From NCBI RefSeq assembly GCF_001194135.2, contig NC_068992.1, positions 66,926,855-66,990,854 on the forward strand: 64,000 nt of DNA, given 5' to 3'. Under the pieces are notes generated by a model. The model saw only the letters and a list, made by a program, of their open reading frames with translations. It was not told the DNA's origin and searched no databases. Made by a program: the position numbers and the translations under genes. Position 1 is the stretch's first letter; each line of letters starts with the position of its first letter. Shown here piece after piece: positions 52,408-64,000 of this stretch. Source of the stretch: Octopus bimaculoides (Eukaryota).

Positions 52408-52682
52408 TTAAGATTGACAGTGATCTGTTTGCGCCGCTGATGATGAGAATGCTCCATGGTGAATCTCTTATATCTTAGTCTTGCTATTCTGTGTTGCCCT
52501 TCATTCTTGTAAATTAAAAGATTTCATGGATTCATAGTTTGCGGAGATCGCTTACTTTGCTATTGCTTGGCCTTCTTCATAGACAATCTAAGAAGGCTTA
52601 GACAATGCTGAGATATTAGTGCCTAGTTCTGGGAGGTTCTGTGGCATGTATACACACACACACACGCACACATACGCACACA

Positions 52683-52756
<74 letters not shown>

Positions 52757-53853
52757 CATACATGCTTTTAATTTCATTTAAATTGTACAAATTATCCAGG
52801 CCATATACACGTGTTGTACTTTTTCTGTATATGTCTAAATCCCTTGGCTGTTGGTCAAAATGTTTAACAACTGTCGTCCTGAAGGCGCCAATTGAGGCGG
52901 AAAACGTGTCCGTCACTGTCCTCTTAAAACCAAACAATCAATCTGACATTACCTTAATGATATGTCTACTTGATTCTTGAGATTTTCTCCTTTTCTCGAG
53001 TGCAGTAGGTCTTAACTGCCATTTGGAAAATTTGGCAAATCCACTTCGGTTGGAGACGATTTTAGTAAAACAAAAATTTTTGGTGTATGTTATTTGAGAT
53101 AATTGTATTTCTCTCTCGCTCTCTCTCTCTCTTTATCGCTTTCTCTCTCTGTATCTGTGTCTATAACTGTAACATAGATATATCTATGTATGTTTACATA
53201 TATACATATATAACTATGCACACTCACACATACACGACAGTATTCTAAAATTTTAATTAGCCAAGACATTGATGGAAGTAATCAACGTTCGCGATAACAA
53301 GTGACAGTTGCCTACTTAGTGAACTAATTAACTGAATAATGATTGTAGGCAAACATTTATCAAATTTCTGGTTTATGTTAGTGTGACAGGTGGAGAAACA
53401 TCTAAGATATGTGAGAAGACGTTGGTCTCGATAAGCAAACATTTAAAAGCAATAAACTAAGTTTTCTTTTTAGATCATAGACTCGGAATCGAAGTGGAAA
53501 GTAAAAGAAAAAGAAAAAAAGAAATGGAAGACAGCGATAGGGTAGATGTATATAAGGTTATGTGAGTAGGAAATCATTAAATGTTGTGTACACCTTAGAA
53601 CAAGTATGGCTGCCATTACTTCAATTGACTGAAATATTGTGATACTTACATCAAGTATTGTCCCAGGAGATAATGGCTAAGTGGTTTAAAGAATTGAAAC
53701 CTGTGAGTAGAAATAATTATTTGTATTAGAAAGTGTCTTAGACTAATATATCACTCCTGGTTTATTTATAGTTTCAACAACAACGAAGAAAAACATAATA
53801 CAAGTTCAATACACTTGGCATATATTAGTTGTCTAATGCTATGGAATACACTG

Positions 53854-53886
<33 letters not shown>

Positions 53887-56771
53887 TGACGCAGGAGTGG
53901 GAGGAGGGCCACCAGTGACATAGTCGAAGTAAGGAAGGAGGAGTAGGTGTTAGTATTCATCTTAAGAAATATGAAAGCCTAAGAAAGTTGGAATAAAAAA
54001 TATAGAACCTTGAGATGTAGTGTATGTGGGAACACAAGATAGAGATGTTAATGGGTTTGAGATGTCAAATTTCTCCATTGTTGCTGCGACCAAGAAGACA
54101 CCATATATAGATGTGTGTGTATAAAATTTTACTGGTTCCAGACAATAGACTGAAGACGAACGCGATTTTTACTCGATCATACGGATCACAACACGCAATA
54201 AAATGCATTGCTCTGTGCTTTGTTTTATTCTTGCTCTCGAACAGCTAAGTTACAACATATTGACAAAAATATCAGGTTCATTTTAATCGGTTGAGATGTC
54301 AAAACAGACACACAGACACACACACATCTATATGTGGGAGGAAGGCCACGAGAGTGTTGTTTTGAGTTTGAAGGTAGGATTACCCAAGGTACCCATTCTA
54401 TCTGTTTTCCTTTTGTTTAAATACGAGATGTCTCAGTTGTTAAGTGGTTTTGGATTTCTGCGCACGTGTAGAGATATAATTACTAGCAGACACCATTTAA
54501 TTACCACGTCTCAAGTAATTATAAAATGTAAATTTTAAAACGAAATACAGTGCAGTTTATTTTAAAATAAATTTATTTCACTGATAATTCTTCAACTTGC
54601 TTCTTCATTGCCTCCAAGCAAGACGTCAGAGAGGAAACAACAAAAGCTATAAGCAAATACAAAATATGAGGAGCCAATCGCAGACAGCAAGAAACATCAC
54701 TGAAATAACAGAACAGCTATAGTTATGGCAAGGGAAGTACAAGTAATAAGTGGAGTGAGTCATCGTCGGCAAGGATAAGAACCTCAACGTCAACTATGCT
54801 ATAAAGGAGACCAGATAAAATATGTTCATCAGTAAATAACACGATTCACTCTGGTAATGAACCGGATAATTTAGATTTTAAATATGTTCACTTTATTTTA
54901 ATGAATCTAACTAGATTATCTTCATTGACTTTATATCAAAACACTGAACCTAGATTGGATCCAAAAGTGGAAAAAAGAGGCAGCCTAACAGTGCATCTCT
55001 CAAGAATACTACTAAAGGACCCAAATATTGCTGCCTTATAAGAAGTTTCTTGTCCATTATCGAAGTCTCACTACAAGTTCTCCATAGAATTGGTTCTCTT
55101 CTTCCTCTTCCTTCAGTCAACATCAATTCATACAATTTTACTTTATTAGTGGTTTGAAGGTTTCATATTCTAAACAATATCGACAAGGTTTTATATTCCT
55201 ACTATTGGCAGGGTTTTATATTATGACCAATTTGTGAACGAGCTAAGCAAGTCTCTCAAAATACAGGAGCAGTTACCTCACAGATATAAATTGAAGAAAG
55301 AATTGATAATTAATCCTAAGTGTTTGTTGTTTCTGACTGGGCAATATCTCTTAGGTTCTTTTGCTGCTTAGATTTAATAAACCGTTTATAAAATATTCTG
55401 TTTCATGAAAACGGAGTCACAAACACACACATACACTCCTACTACTACACTCCCTCACGTGTACCCTTTCCCCTTCACTCCCCACATTAGCTGAAACTGA
55501 TGTAGCACCTCTAGCGACGATCATCGCTGGAACCGATAAAGCTCTTCCGCACACGTTAGTGTGACAAAATTAATGACATTTGACTTAGAAGTCGTTGTAG
55601 CATGCGGTAACGTGTTGTTACATGTAACGTAATTTAACTTGTACTGAGTTGTAACATTTTAGATGATATTAAAAAACTATTCGAACATTAAAAAAATTAC
55701 ACCCACCAAAGTAGAATTTGGTCATCAAAAACTTCTTGATCGTATTTTTTCTACGCTAAATCCGTTCTAAAGAAATGAAACTCTTGCTAATCCTTCCGGA
55801 AAAGTTACGTCGGTGTGACATTTCATTTTCCTTATTGAAAACCTGAGAGAGAATCGAACCAAGTTGTTTGACAGAGGGAAAGATTCGTGAAGTATTCAGT
55901 AACATTCCATTCCGTTGAGTTGAAACTCTCAGAATAAAGTGGATAATGAATTCCAGCGCTTTCTATAAATGAGAGTCAAATGTTTAGCCCATAGAAATTG
56001 CTTCGAAAGGAGAATAGGATTTAAACAATTGACTGTTCGGTGGTAGGTCTGAAAGCACAGCGAGTTGATTGCTGCAACCGTAAAATATATCATTGATGTA
56101 TGTTCAATGTACTTCAATATGAAGTATACAATAAGATATATATATGCAGAAGGAGCTAGTATTTACAGCTTGTTATAGTCACTCTTGAGAAAACCACAAA
56201 ACTGAATCTAGCAGCAGAATAATTCTTAAAATCTAGGATATTACTTCTTGGAGATTAAAGGTTCATTTTGAAGTTGCTGTTTTTTCTCCATTAGATATTT
56301 TTTAATACTCACATGAAAGATAGATTCAATGTGAATAGTATGTAGGAGAAAAAAAGTTTATTTCTTGCAATTTTAGCTTTTGTTGTTGTAGTAGTATAAA
56401 GGCATAAATAAAACGAAGTGAAATATTATTCATTGACACGTCGTAGTAAACATGGGTATAAGTAGCGAGCTTATCCTTGCTTTGAGAGATAAAGAGGGAC
56501 TGAGAAAAGGAGTGTGTGAGAGGGAAAGACGGGTAGATAGATAAAGAGAGAGAAGGAGTGAAAGAGAGGAGGAATGAAGAGAGAGAGAGAGAGAATGAAA
56601 AAGATTTGAATAAAGAAATGTAAACACAAGATTTAGTTTGTTCAGCTGACAATGTATTTGTTAACGATATTTAGTCAAGCATTCATCTATTCAACTTCAT
56701 ACAAAAGCAAAGAATTAATGTACATCACTAATCAAAATATGTTATGTATGCACCAGCACAAATTCACAAAC

Positions 56772-56832
<61 letters not shown>

Positions 56833-57829
56833 CCATTTATACTCATATACAATTGTGCATGTGTGTGTATGTTTCTGGTTATACCTGCATAAATGTATTT
56901 TCTGAAAGACTATTATTATCAAAGACATGAATTGGTGAGTATATATAAAGTGCTGCCTGTGTATACATCTCGTGAATAAGTGGATGTGGACCCAGGCTTG
57001 TCTCTTTGTCTCTTTGTCAGTGAATGCCGTTGGAAACGTCATAGTTATGAATACTTTATTTTCCGATAAACAATCCTCTGTCCATAGTCTTCGTAGAACT
57101 TCTCTTCTTGTAAATGGTAATGCCATCTACAATAGAATTCTGAGCAGCAGCAGCAGCAGCAGCAGCAGCACCAGCGGCACCAGCAGTTGTGACAGCGATT
57201 ACAACTTATCATTGTATGAGAATTCGTGACTATATTCAACAGATCATTTTTCCAAGATGATTACGAATATTAGTTGTAAGTTTTCACTGAAATCCGAATC
57301 AGCATTACATATTGTAACCTGAAATAATAGTTCTACTGTTTTTAAGATTTCTGCATTGACTATTTTTGGAACAAGGTGGTCTATTATTCGCGAAACTATA
57401 TATTTGATTCTTAAAATGGAAATACTTCTGATACTGGCGCTAAGTAACGATACTTTTAAGGGATGGAGTAGCGAATTGTTTTGGCCTCAGTACTTGACCT
57501 CAAGCTATTAAATCAGGACTCAGCTTCTGTGATGACAAGACTATCTAATAATATTTGTGCATCCTCACTATAACAGCATTTCAAATTAGAATTTTGATTG
57601 TCGTTATATGAAATATGTTAATGTTTATTTAACTAAGGACCGTGATATTCTTGTTCAACGCATATTTGCAGTTATCCATATATGGATATCCACATATAAT
57701 CATATCATCATTACGTATCTATCTATATCTTATTCAATATAATCATATACACACAAACACACGCATTAAAAATGTGTATATGTACATATACATACACACA
57801 TATGTTTGTGTGTGTGTTTGTATGTTTGT

Positions 57830-58170
57830 GTAACGGTCATGCGCACTCTAACGTTTTCCGAAATAGTGTGTTATTTCAGAGAGGTGTGACATCTGTCTTC
57901 ACTAGGTTGAGTGACCACGTAACGGCTCCCTTACAAACCAAACTCGTTGATCACCAAGTATATATTGCTCGACCACACGTAGAATACCGAGGCCAAATGG
58001 AAGTGACGTCATTAAGACCGGAAAAACAGAGATTTAAATGTCGGAAAATAAATATAAAATGAAAGAAATAAATGTAATCTAATCACACAAACATTAAAAG
58101 CTGATATTTGGGCCGGATTACAGTACTCTACCACCACGAACTGTGACTTAAAAATGGCGACCAGCCACGA
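57830..58170. promoter_or_regulatory. Candidate promoter/enhancer: ETS-CRE composite, ETS, YY1-like and NRF1-like half site
   Basis: GGAAGTGACGTCA 57999-58011, ACCGGAAA 58017-58024, AAAATGGCG 58151-58159 and CATGCGCAC 57838-57846, in a non-repetitive, visibly CpG-retaining stretch. Confidence 0.35.
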
Positions 58171-58478
58171 GCTAAAATTGGTGTAATGTCTCTTGGTTCG
58201 AGCCACATGCTTACACGTACTATTGCAGTAACAGCATGTGAATAACACTACATTGGTTTGCTTGCCTTTTCGTTGTCCTCACTTTATCAAAACGAGGAAT
58301 ACATTCATGTATGGCCCACCCCAATGAATGGAATACATATACCTCGTGCCATGCATTTTCTAGGACTTCCTTTTCCTGTTTAATTGAATGCATGGTAAAG
58401 CTCCACCTGCATTTTAAAAACAAGCCGTATTTAAAACAATGTAAAAACAAGATATATTAATATCTAAAAGTCCGAACT

Positions 58479-58500
58479 TTTTTCAGCTGCAGCTGAAAAA
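58479..58500. other. 22-bp perfect palindrome containing tandem CAGCTG E-boxes
   Basis: TTTTTCAGCTGCAGCTGAAAAA, extended by AAAAGTC 58466-58472 pairing with GACTTTT 58503-58509. Confidence 0.8.
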
Positions 58501-58607
58501 TAGACTTTTCTCGACTTGTCCTGAAGTTACATCCCCTCAAAGTATCCCCAAAAGTTAACTTCTACGTCCAATGAAACTAAGACTTGCTCGGAATCCAAAT
58601 TCTTTGC

Positions 58608-58624
58608 ACTACTACTACTACTGT

Positions 58625-58688
<64 letters not shown>
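58608..58688. repeat. (CTA)n microsatellite
   Basis: Direct reading. Confidence 0.95.
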
Positions 58689-58689
58689 G

Positions 58690-59098
58690 CATATATGGTA
58701 GGGTTCTTACATAACTTCTCTGAAACATGCAATGAAATAGGGGCCTCAATTACTAAAGGTATAACAATGCTAATAGATAGAAAGCTACGAGTCAACTCAG
58801 CAGACATCATTGTAAAAAGAAAGAAATCCAAGTCTGGCAAATAATTGACGCGTTTCGTCCAAATTAAAATAGCATGTCAGTAAAGGAGATAGGGAAGTTC
58901 TCTAAATAGAACGAGCGAAGGATTGCAATTGAGAGAATATAGAATATGCACACAGGAGTTATTCCAATAATTATAGAAATACTTGATAGTTTGAAACACT
59001 TTCATAAAACAAAATAAAGAATGGGTTGAGAGACATCCTCTCTACTTGAAGTCTTGGAGATAACTCAGCTGGGAATTGTATATATTTGGCGTTAAACA
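58690..59098 (+). pseudogene. 5'-truncated Dong/R4-clade LINE fragment (RLE domain)
   Basis: IDRKLRVNSADIIVK (cf. TDRxIxANRPDIVV) is followed, from 58841, by IIDAFRPN*NSMSVKEIGKFSK*NERRIAIERI*NMHTGVIPIIIEIL (cf. LIDVSIP...KExEKLSKYxDLxIEIxRMW...IPIIVGALG). QLGIVYIWR lies near 59065. Confidence 0.8.
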
Positions 59099-59540
59099 CG
59101 AGCTAGAGAGGTAAAAACATCTATATTTTTGCAGTTATATTATACAATAACATTACAGTTGTCGAGATCTTATATATTTTTTTGGAAATTTTTACATGTA
59201 ATGCTGTGAATAAACTTGACTGTTAAATTTACAGCAATCTGATGTAAATCTATGATAATTTCAGTAATCTAAATGCAATAGGATTTATTTCGTGCTGTCA
59301 GTTTTAACAGGTTATTTGTTTGTCGAAGGATTGAAGAAAAATAAATTTACTCAACAGAAAGTATTGAAAGTAGGGAGATGGTTTAATTTTTGAAAATTAC
59401 CATAAAATGATGTATGGATGAAACAGAACTAGAAGAAATAAATTATAGTTTATATTTATTTCATTGTAAATGTGTAGCAATAAATGTAACATAATTACAT
59501 GTTCTCAAGTAGATGCATTTATGCACTTGGATGATAGATA

Positions 59541-59575
<35 letters not shown>

Positions 59576-60484
59576 GGGGGGGGAGAAAAGGAAACGGAGA
59601 GACAGTGACTTGCGCAAGTGTTTATATGTGTGTGCAAAATAAAATGAATTTTTATACACATACATACGTAAATGCATACATACATACATACATACATACG
59701 TACACATATGCACGTATAAACACATGTATACATTAATGATTGTAAAGGGAGTGAGCAATCAATGCCATTCTACTACTAGTTCTATACACTTTCAGTAATT
59801 TTTCAGAGACAATTTAATAAACACAAACAACAACAATAGCAGGACAGAGTTGATTCATCATGGATACAGGAAATGTATTGTGGAAAGACAAGGTCGTGCA
59901 CAAAATTCAGTTCACTCATCCACACCCCGGGTAGATATGGTGGTGCGCTTAAAAACCACACTCCACAACCGCTAAGTTTCGGTTGTTTCAAATTCATGAT
60001 CTTTGTGCAAATGTTTCCAGTCATAGCCCACAAAAAAATTGTGGATGAAATTTGGTAGACAGACATCGACAAAGATGTCTTAGGAAACCGCGGAAACGGA
60101 TGTCGGATTCTATCCTACTCTTGTGACTAATAAAAATATCATCAGTTCAATAATTATCGGGTGGGTGGAACAGTAACATAGTAACAGGGCGAAACCTTAA
60201 AATAAAACCCTGATCTTGCATGTGTATAAGTGTGTATATATATTTGTGTGTGTATATATGTATATATGTATGTATGTATACACAGACAATGCCAAACAGA
60301 TAGTCAGATCTGACAGACATATATAGACAGCTAGATATAACATATATATATATATANNNNNNNNNNNNNNNNNNNNNNNNNNNNNNNNNNNNNNNNNNNN
60401 NNNNNNNNNNNNNNNNNNNNNNTATATATATTATATATATATATCTATCTCTGTCTATCATCTCCCTCTTTCTATCTCTGTCTG

Positions 60485-60531
<47 letters not shown>

Positions 60532-61368
60532 CTATATATATCTCTATATTTACATTTATAGAGAGCGTGAGGGAGAGAGAGATGACTTGTAATATACCAA
60601 AAACAAATTCGCTGTAATTAAAAGTTCAATCAATAATCGATCGTTAAATTCCTAAACCTCATAACATTGCTCTAAATCCCAATTGTAAAAGCTTACATGT
60701 ATAAACCTAATCGGCTAAAATGTATATTGAAAGTAAAAAGGCTAAAACAATTACCAGAGTTAGTTCATAACTTAATTACTCTCAACAGCTGTTTCATTAG
60801 GTATAACGATCATGCATTCCATAAGTACGTAATTACGATACATAATGATTAAAATTAATTGATTTTAATCAAACTTATTTAATATGCTTATATCCCATAT
60901 GACCGGCAATTTTAGGGGCTATGGATTGACATCGCCCATAATAACGAAGATTTAAGATAAATATTGCTTAAAATTAATTGGATATATATATATTAGAAGT
61001 AATTAAGTATCTTCATTATGGAATTAATGTAATTAATTTATGAACTATCTGTGAAATTTATGTTTCCTGTTTTTTGTTCTCTCTATATATACATAATTGG
61101 AATATTGATACACACACTCACACTCATGTATACATACATATTTGTATGTATAATATGCACTTTAACTGTTGAAATGATATTGTAATATGTTAATTGAGTG
61201 ATGAGTTTGTGTTTTACTGGTGGTTATATTCTATTTAGTGAGTATAAATATGTGTGAGTGTGTGTGTTTGTCTATGTTGTGGTCATGTATGTGCTTAGTG
61301 ATATATAATAATTTCATAGGATTTGAAATGAACACAAACTGAATAATTATTAAACAGAATTATGATCA

Positions 61369-61413
61369 TTATTGTTGTTGTTGTTGTTGTTGTTGCTGCT
61401 GTTGTTGATGTTG

Positions 61414-61450
<37 letters not shown>

Positions 61451-61462
61451 TATTATTATTAC

Positions 61463-61531
<69 letters not shown>
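61369..61531. repeat. Compound (TTG)n(TTA)n microsatellite
   Basis: Direct reading. Confidence 0.95.
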
Positions 61532-61533
<2 letters not shown>

Positions 61534-63566
61534 TTTTACAACAAGCAAATATCTCATCAACTCTATTCTATGAATGTGAATTAAAAATGCTACAAGCTTA
61601 ATGTAAATTCTATCTATGGATTTTGTTTCCTTTGTGCTTGGTAAATAATGAAGAGAGAATAGATAGACACATTTCAAGTAAAAGAAATCTGTCTTTGACA
61701 AACTCTAGAACATATCGACTTAAGAATATCGCTTGTAATATTTTTATGCCTGATTTTGTTTTTAAGTTAAGCATTTTTTCTGGCATTTCTTTATTGAAAT
61801 ATTTTATTGAAAGCCTAAAGAACATTTCTGTTTTAATGTAGAACAACATCGTTGCATATTTCTCATTGATTTCCCTTCATAAATAAGAGGGTACAACAAC
61901 AGCAAAAGAAATAACAATAACAACAGCAACAACAACAGCAACAAATGTTCCTTAAAAGTGGTGTACATATCTTTCTGTTCTCATCTTTCTTATCCAACCC
62001 ATAAAGAAGCTTATTATAGATAAACATGTGAAAGAAATATTCTTTAGAACAGTTCATTGTCTTTTGTGAATTACATTTAGCATGCAAATAGTAAAAAGTA
62101 AAAAAAGCCACTCTTAATAGACAGAAAAATTTGAAGCTGAAGAAGCATGTATGTAGGTGAAGTAATAACGTGGCAGTGTTTTATTGAAGACATTTTAATA
62201 AAGTAAAAATCATTCTGCTTATGAATAGTTATTAAGTAAATTCATTTTAGAATCGTCCTTTTTGTTACGGTAACCAACCATACTTACTTACGTGGACGTA
62301 GCTTGTTGCAGCAGTAATAAGATGTTGATTCTTTGACTGCTTAGGGAACGATACTTCGGATACTCCGAGTTTAATATACTCACTTTTATGCGTTTTCCAT
62401 GCCTTATTCCAAGACATATTTCTCATCGTCTAGAGGTTCTGTTAAGAGTTCCTTTGAGGGTATAGCGTACATCATAAACTCTAAAATTCTGGTCAATCCG
62501 CTGTCACCATTATATTTATGCTGCTGTCGTAGTGTTGTAGTAGTATAGGCTAACGAATTATGGAAACCTTATCTATTCAATTAGATGCAATCGTCTATCT
62601 TGATGATACATTAATTGAAGAAGTCATAACCTTGCCAACGAAAGTAAAGGAAAAGATTTGGCCACGATCCCCCACTGATAAGAAGGACACATTGGAACGA
62701 AGCTAATCAGAATGAAATGAAATCAACGACAAAGCTATAACGGTAACAAGAGTTACAGGAAGAACAATATATCCAGGCATTAATCTAAATTGCTTCCCAA
62801 AATGCTGAGTAATGAGGTTGAGGCTGAACGAAGAAACTAAATGACGTACACCTAATTACTAATGTATGGATGTAATTAAGGCAATTATAATCCCAATGAC
62901 TTTGTGTCTGACAAAATAAATACCAGTCAAGAATTAATATTGATATCATCGACTTTAGTCAATCGGTTGTGGATGGAATATAAAATATGTCAAAACGCAA
63001 AAATGCCTAAAACCATTATCCATCTCGGGTCAAATTAGCACCCATCACTTGCTCTGTGTGTGTCTCTGTGTGTCTGTGTGTATGTGTGTGGTGTAAATAG
63101 AGGGTACGGATGAAGATTTAGTATTTGCCTAGCTTCTGAAAAGTTCTACCCCTTCTCAGGGGATGTGAGTAATGATGGCGGGGGTAGGAGAAATTGAGTG
63201 ACGATAGTGGTGGGATACTGTAGACATCGACAAGGACAGTGTGAGAGGTATATTCTGGGGGCTATCAATTTCCATTTTCCTCTCTATAGGAGTGGCCATG
63301 TTGGAGCTGCCACCCCCGAGACATGTCTAAGATAATTGAAGGTTCATGAAAATGCACACACTCAGTGCACTTGTGTTTGTAACTTGTAAGTTTATTAATT
63401 GCAGAACGAATTTGTCTGTCAAAGAAGTCTATCTTGAAGAACAAACAACCATTTTATTTTGGCAAAGAACACTTCGTAATCTTCTGATTCCTGCTGTCTT
63501 TGGTGATGAGGGTTGTATGTTAGAAAAGTTGAAAGTTTCCATCTTGGATCTGTCTTTTCTTCTTAG

Positions 63567-63624
63567 GCTATGCCCGCCATCATAAACTTTTCACCAACTG
63601 TGGAGGAAGATAAAAAGATATCAT
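63567..63624 (+). CDS. Candidate 58-nt exon, unknown gene
   Basis: Strong acceptor CTGTCTTTTCTTCTTAG and donor CAT|GTGAGT. Only frame 0 is open (AMPAIINFSPTVEEDKKIS). No homology recognised. Confidence 0.22.
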
Positions 63625-64000
63625 GTGAGTGTAGAAATGCTTCCTTGCTGTTAAATGATGAATGGGAGTGGACAAATTCGTGTGGTTACGTGTATACGGT
63701 TTCGCATTAAGTACGTAGCTTTAGGATGGTGGCCGGAACAGGAAAAAGTCGTTCTTCTGAAGTTTTAGCGGGTGAACGTGGGTTGCGTGTGGTGTGCCCA
63801 ATATAACTCTGTAAATATCCTCCAATTTTGAGGATCCTTTCCTTGGTTTTATTTTTGGTTAGGTGTTGTCCTTTTATTTCACGGTGCTTCAATCTATTCG
63901 GCTGTAAAGAGTATCAGCTAGGCGCTGGTGCAGCTCACTCTTTCTCTAGCTTTCGCATGGTAGATGTTCCGTTAGGTGAAGAATTTGGCGGACTAGAAAC

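Noticed and set aside
53919-53972. HSRSKEGGVGVSIHLKKY as an APE GGGV-like motif
   Set aside because: A single short motif without supporting neighbours.
54950-55060. DPKVEKRGSLTVHLSRILLKD as an RTE LINE C-terminus
   Set aside because: Similarity is too weak to call by eye.
63707-63892. Minus-strand ORF with GHTTRNPRSP resembling a gag zinc knuckle
   Set aside because: It lacks the cysteines of CX2CX4HX4C.

Overview
AT-rich, microsatellite-saturated animal genomic DNA from a short-read assembly, with about 20 N-gaps that nearly all abut (TA)n, (TG)n or (AG)n tracts. The repeat landscape strongly suggests a coleoid cephalopod, most likely Octopus; this is inferred from recalled repeat families, not from a database search. 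No protein-coding gene can be supported: almost all listed ORFs are microsatellite or N artefacts, so the window looks intronic or intergenic. Supported content: (1) about 20 copies or fragments of four SINE-like families, with shared internal modules and swapped 3' tails. (2) Four decayed 3' fragments of Dong/R4-type (restriction-like endonuclease) non-LTR retrotransposons, all on +, three abutting (TAA)n; two sit in near-identical TAA / antisense SINE / TAA / Dong / TAA clusters. (3) A mariner-derived MITE with a transposase C-terminal remnant. (4) Fold-back structures: a 700-bp palindrome (19086-19786), a TTAA-flanked 217-bp palindrome, and two pre-miRNA-sized hairpins (6019-6090, 28974-29075). 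(5) A degenerate minimal hammerhead ribozyme in a Penelope-like repeat (2601-2654). (6) A 218-bp local duplication ending in a micro-exon-like AG..GTAAGT cassette. (7) A promoter-like motif cluster (ETS-CRE, ETS, YY1) near 58 kb. Family names come from recalled consensus motifs and need Dfam/Repbase confirmation.
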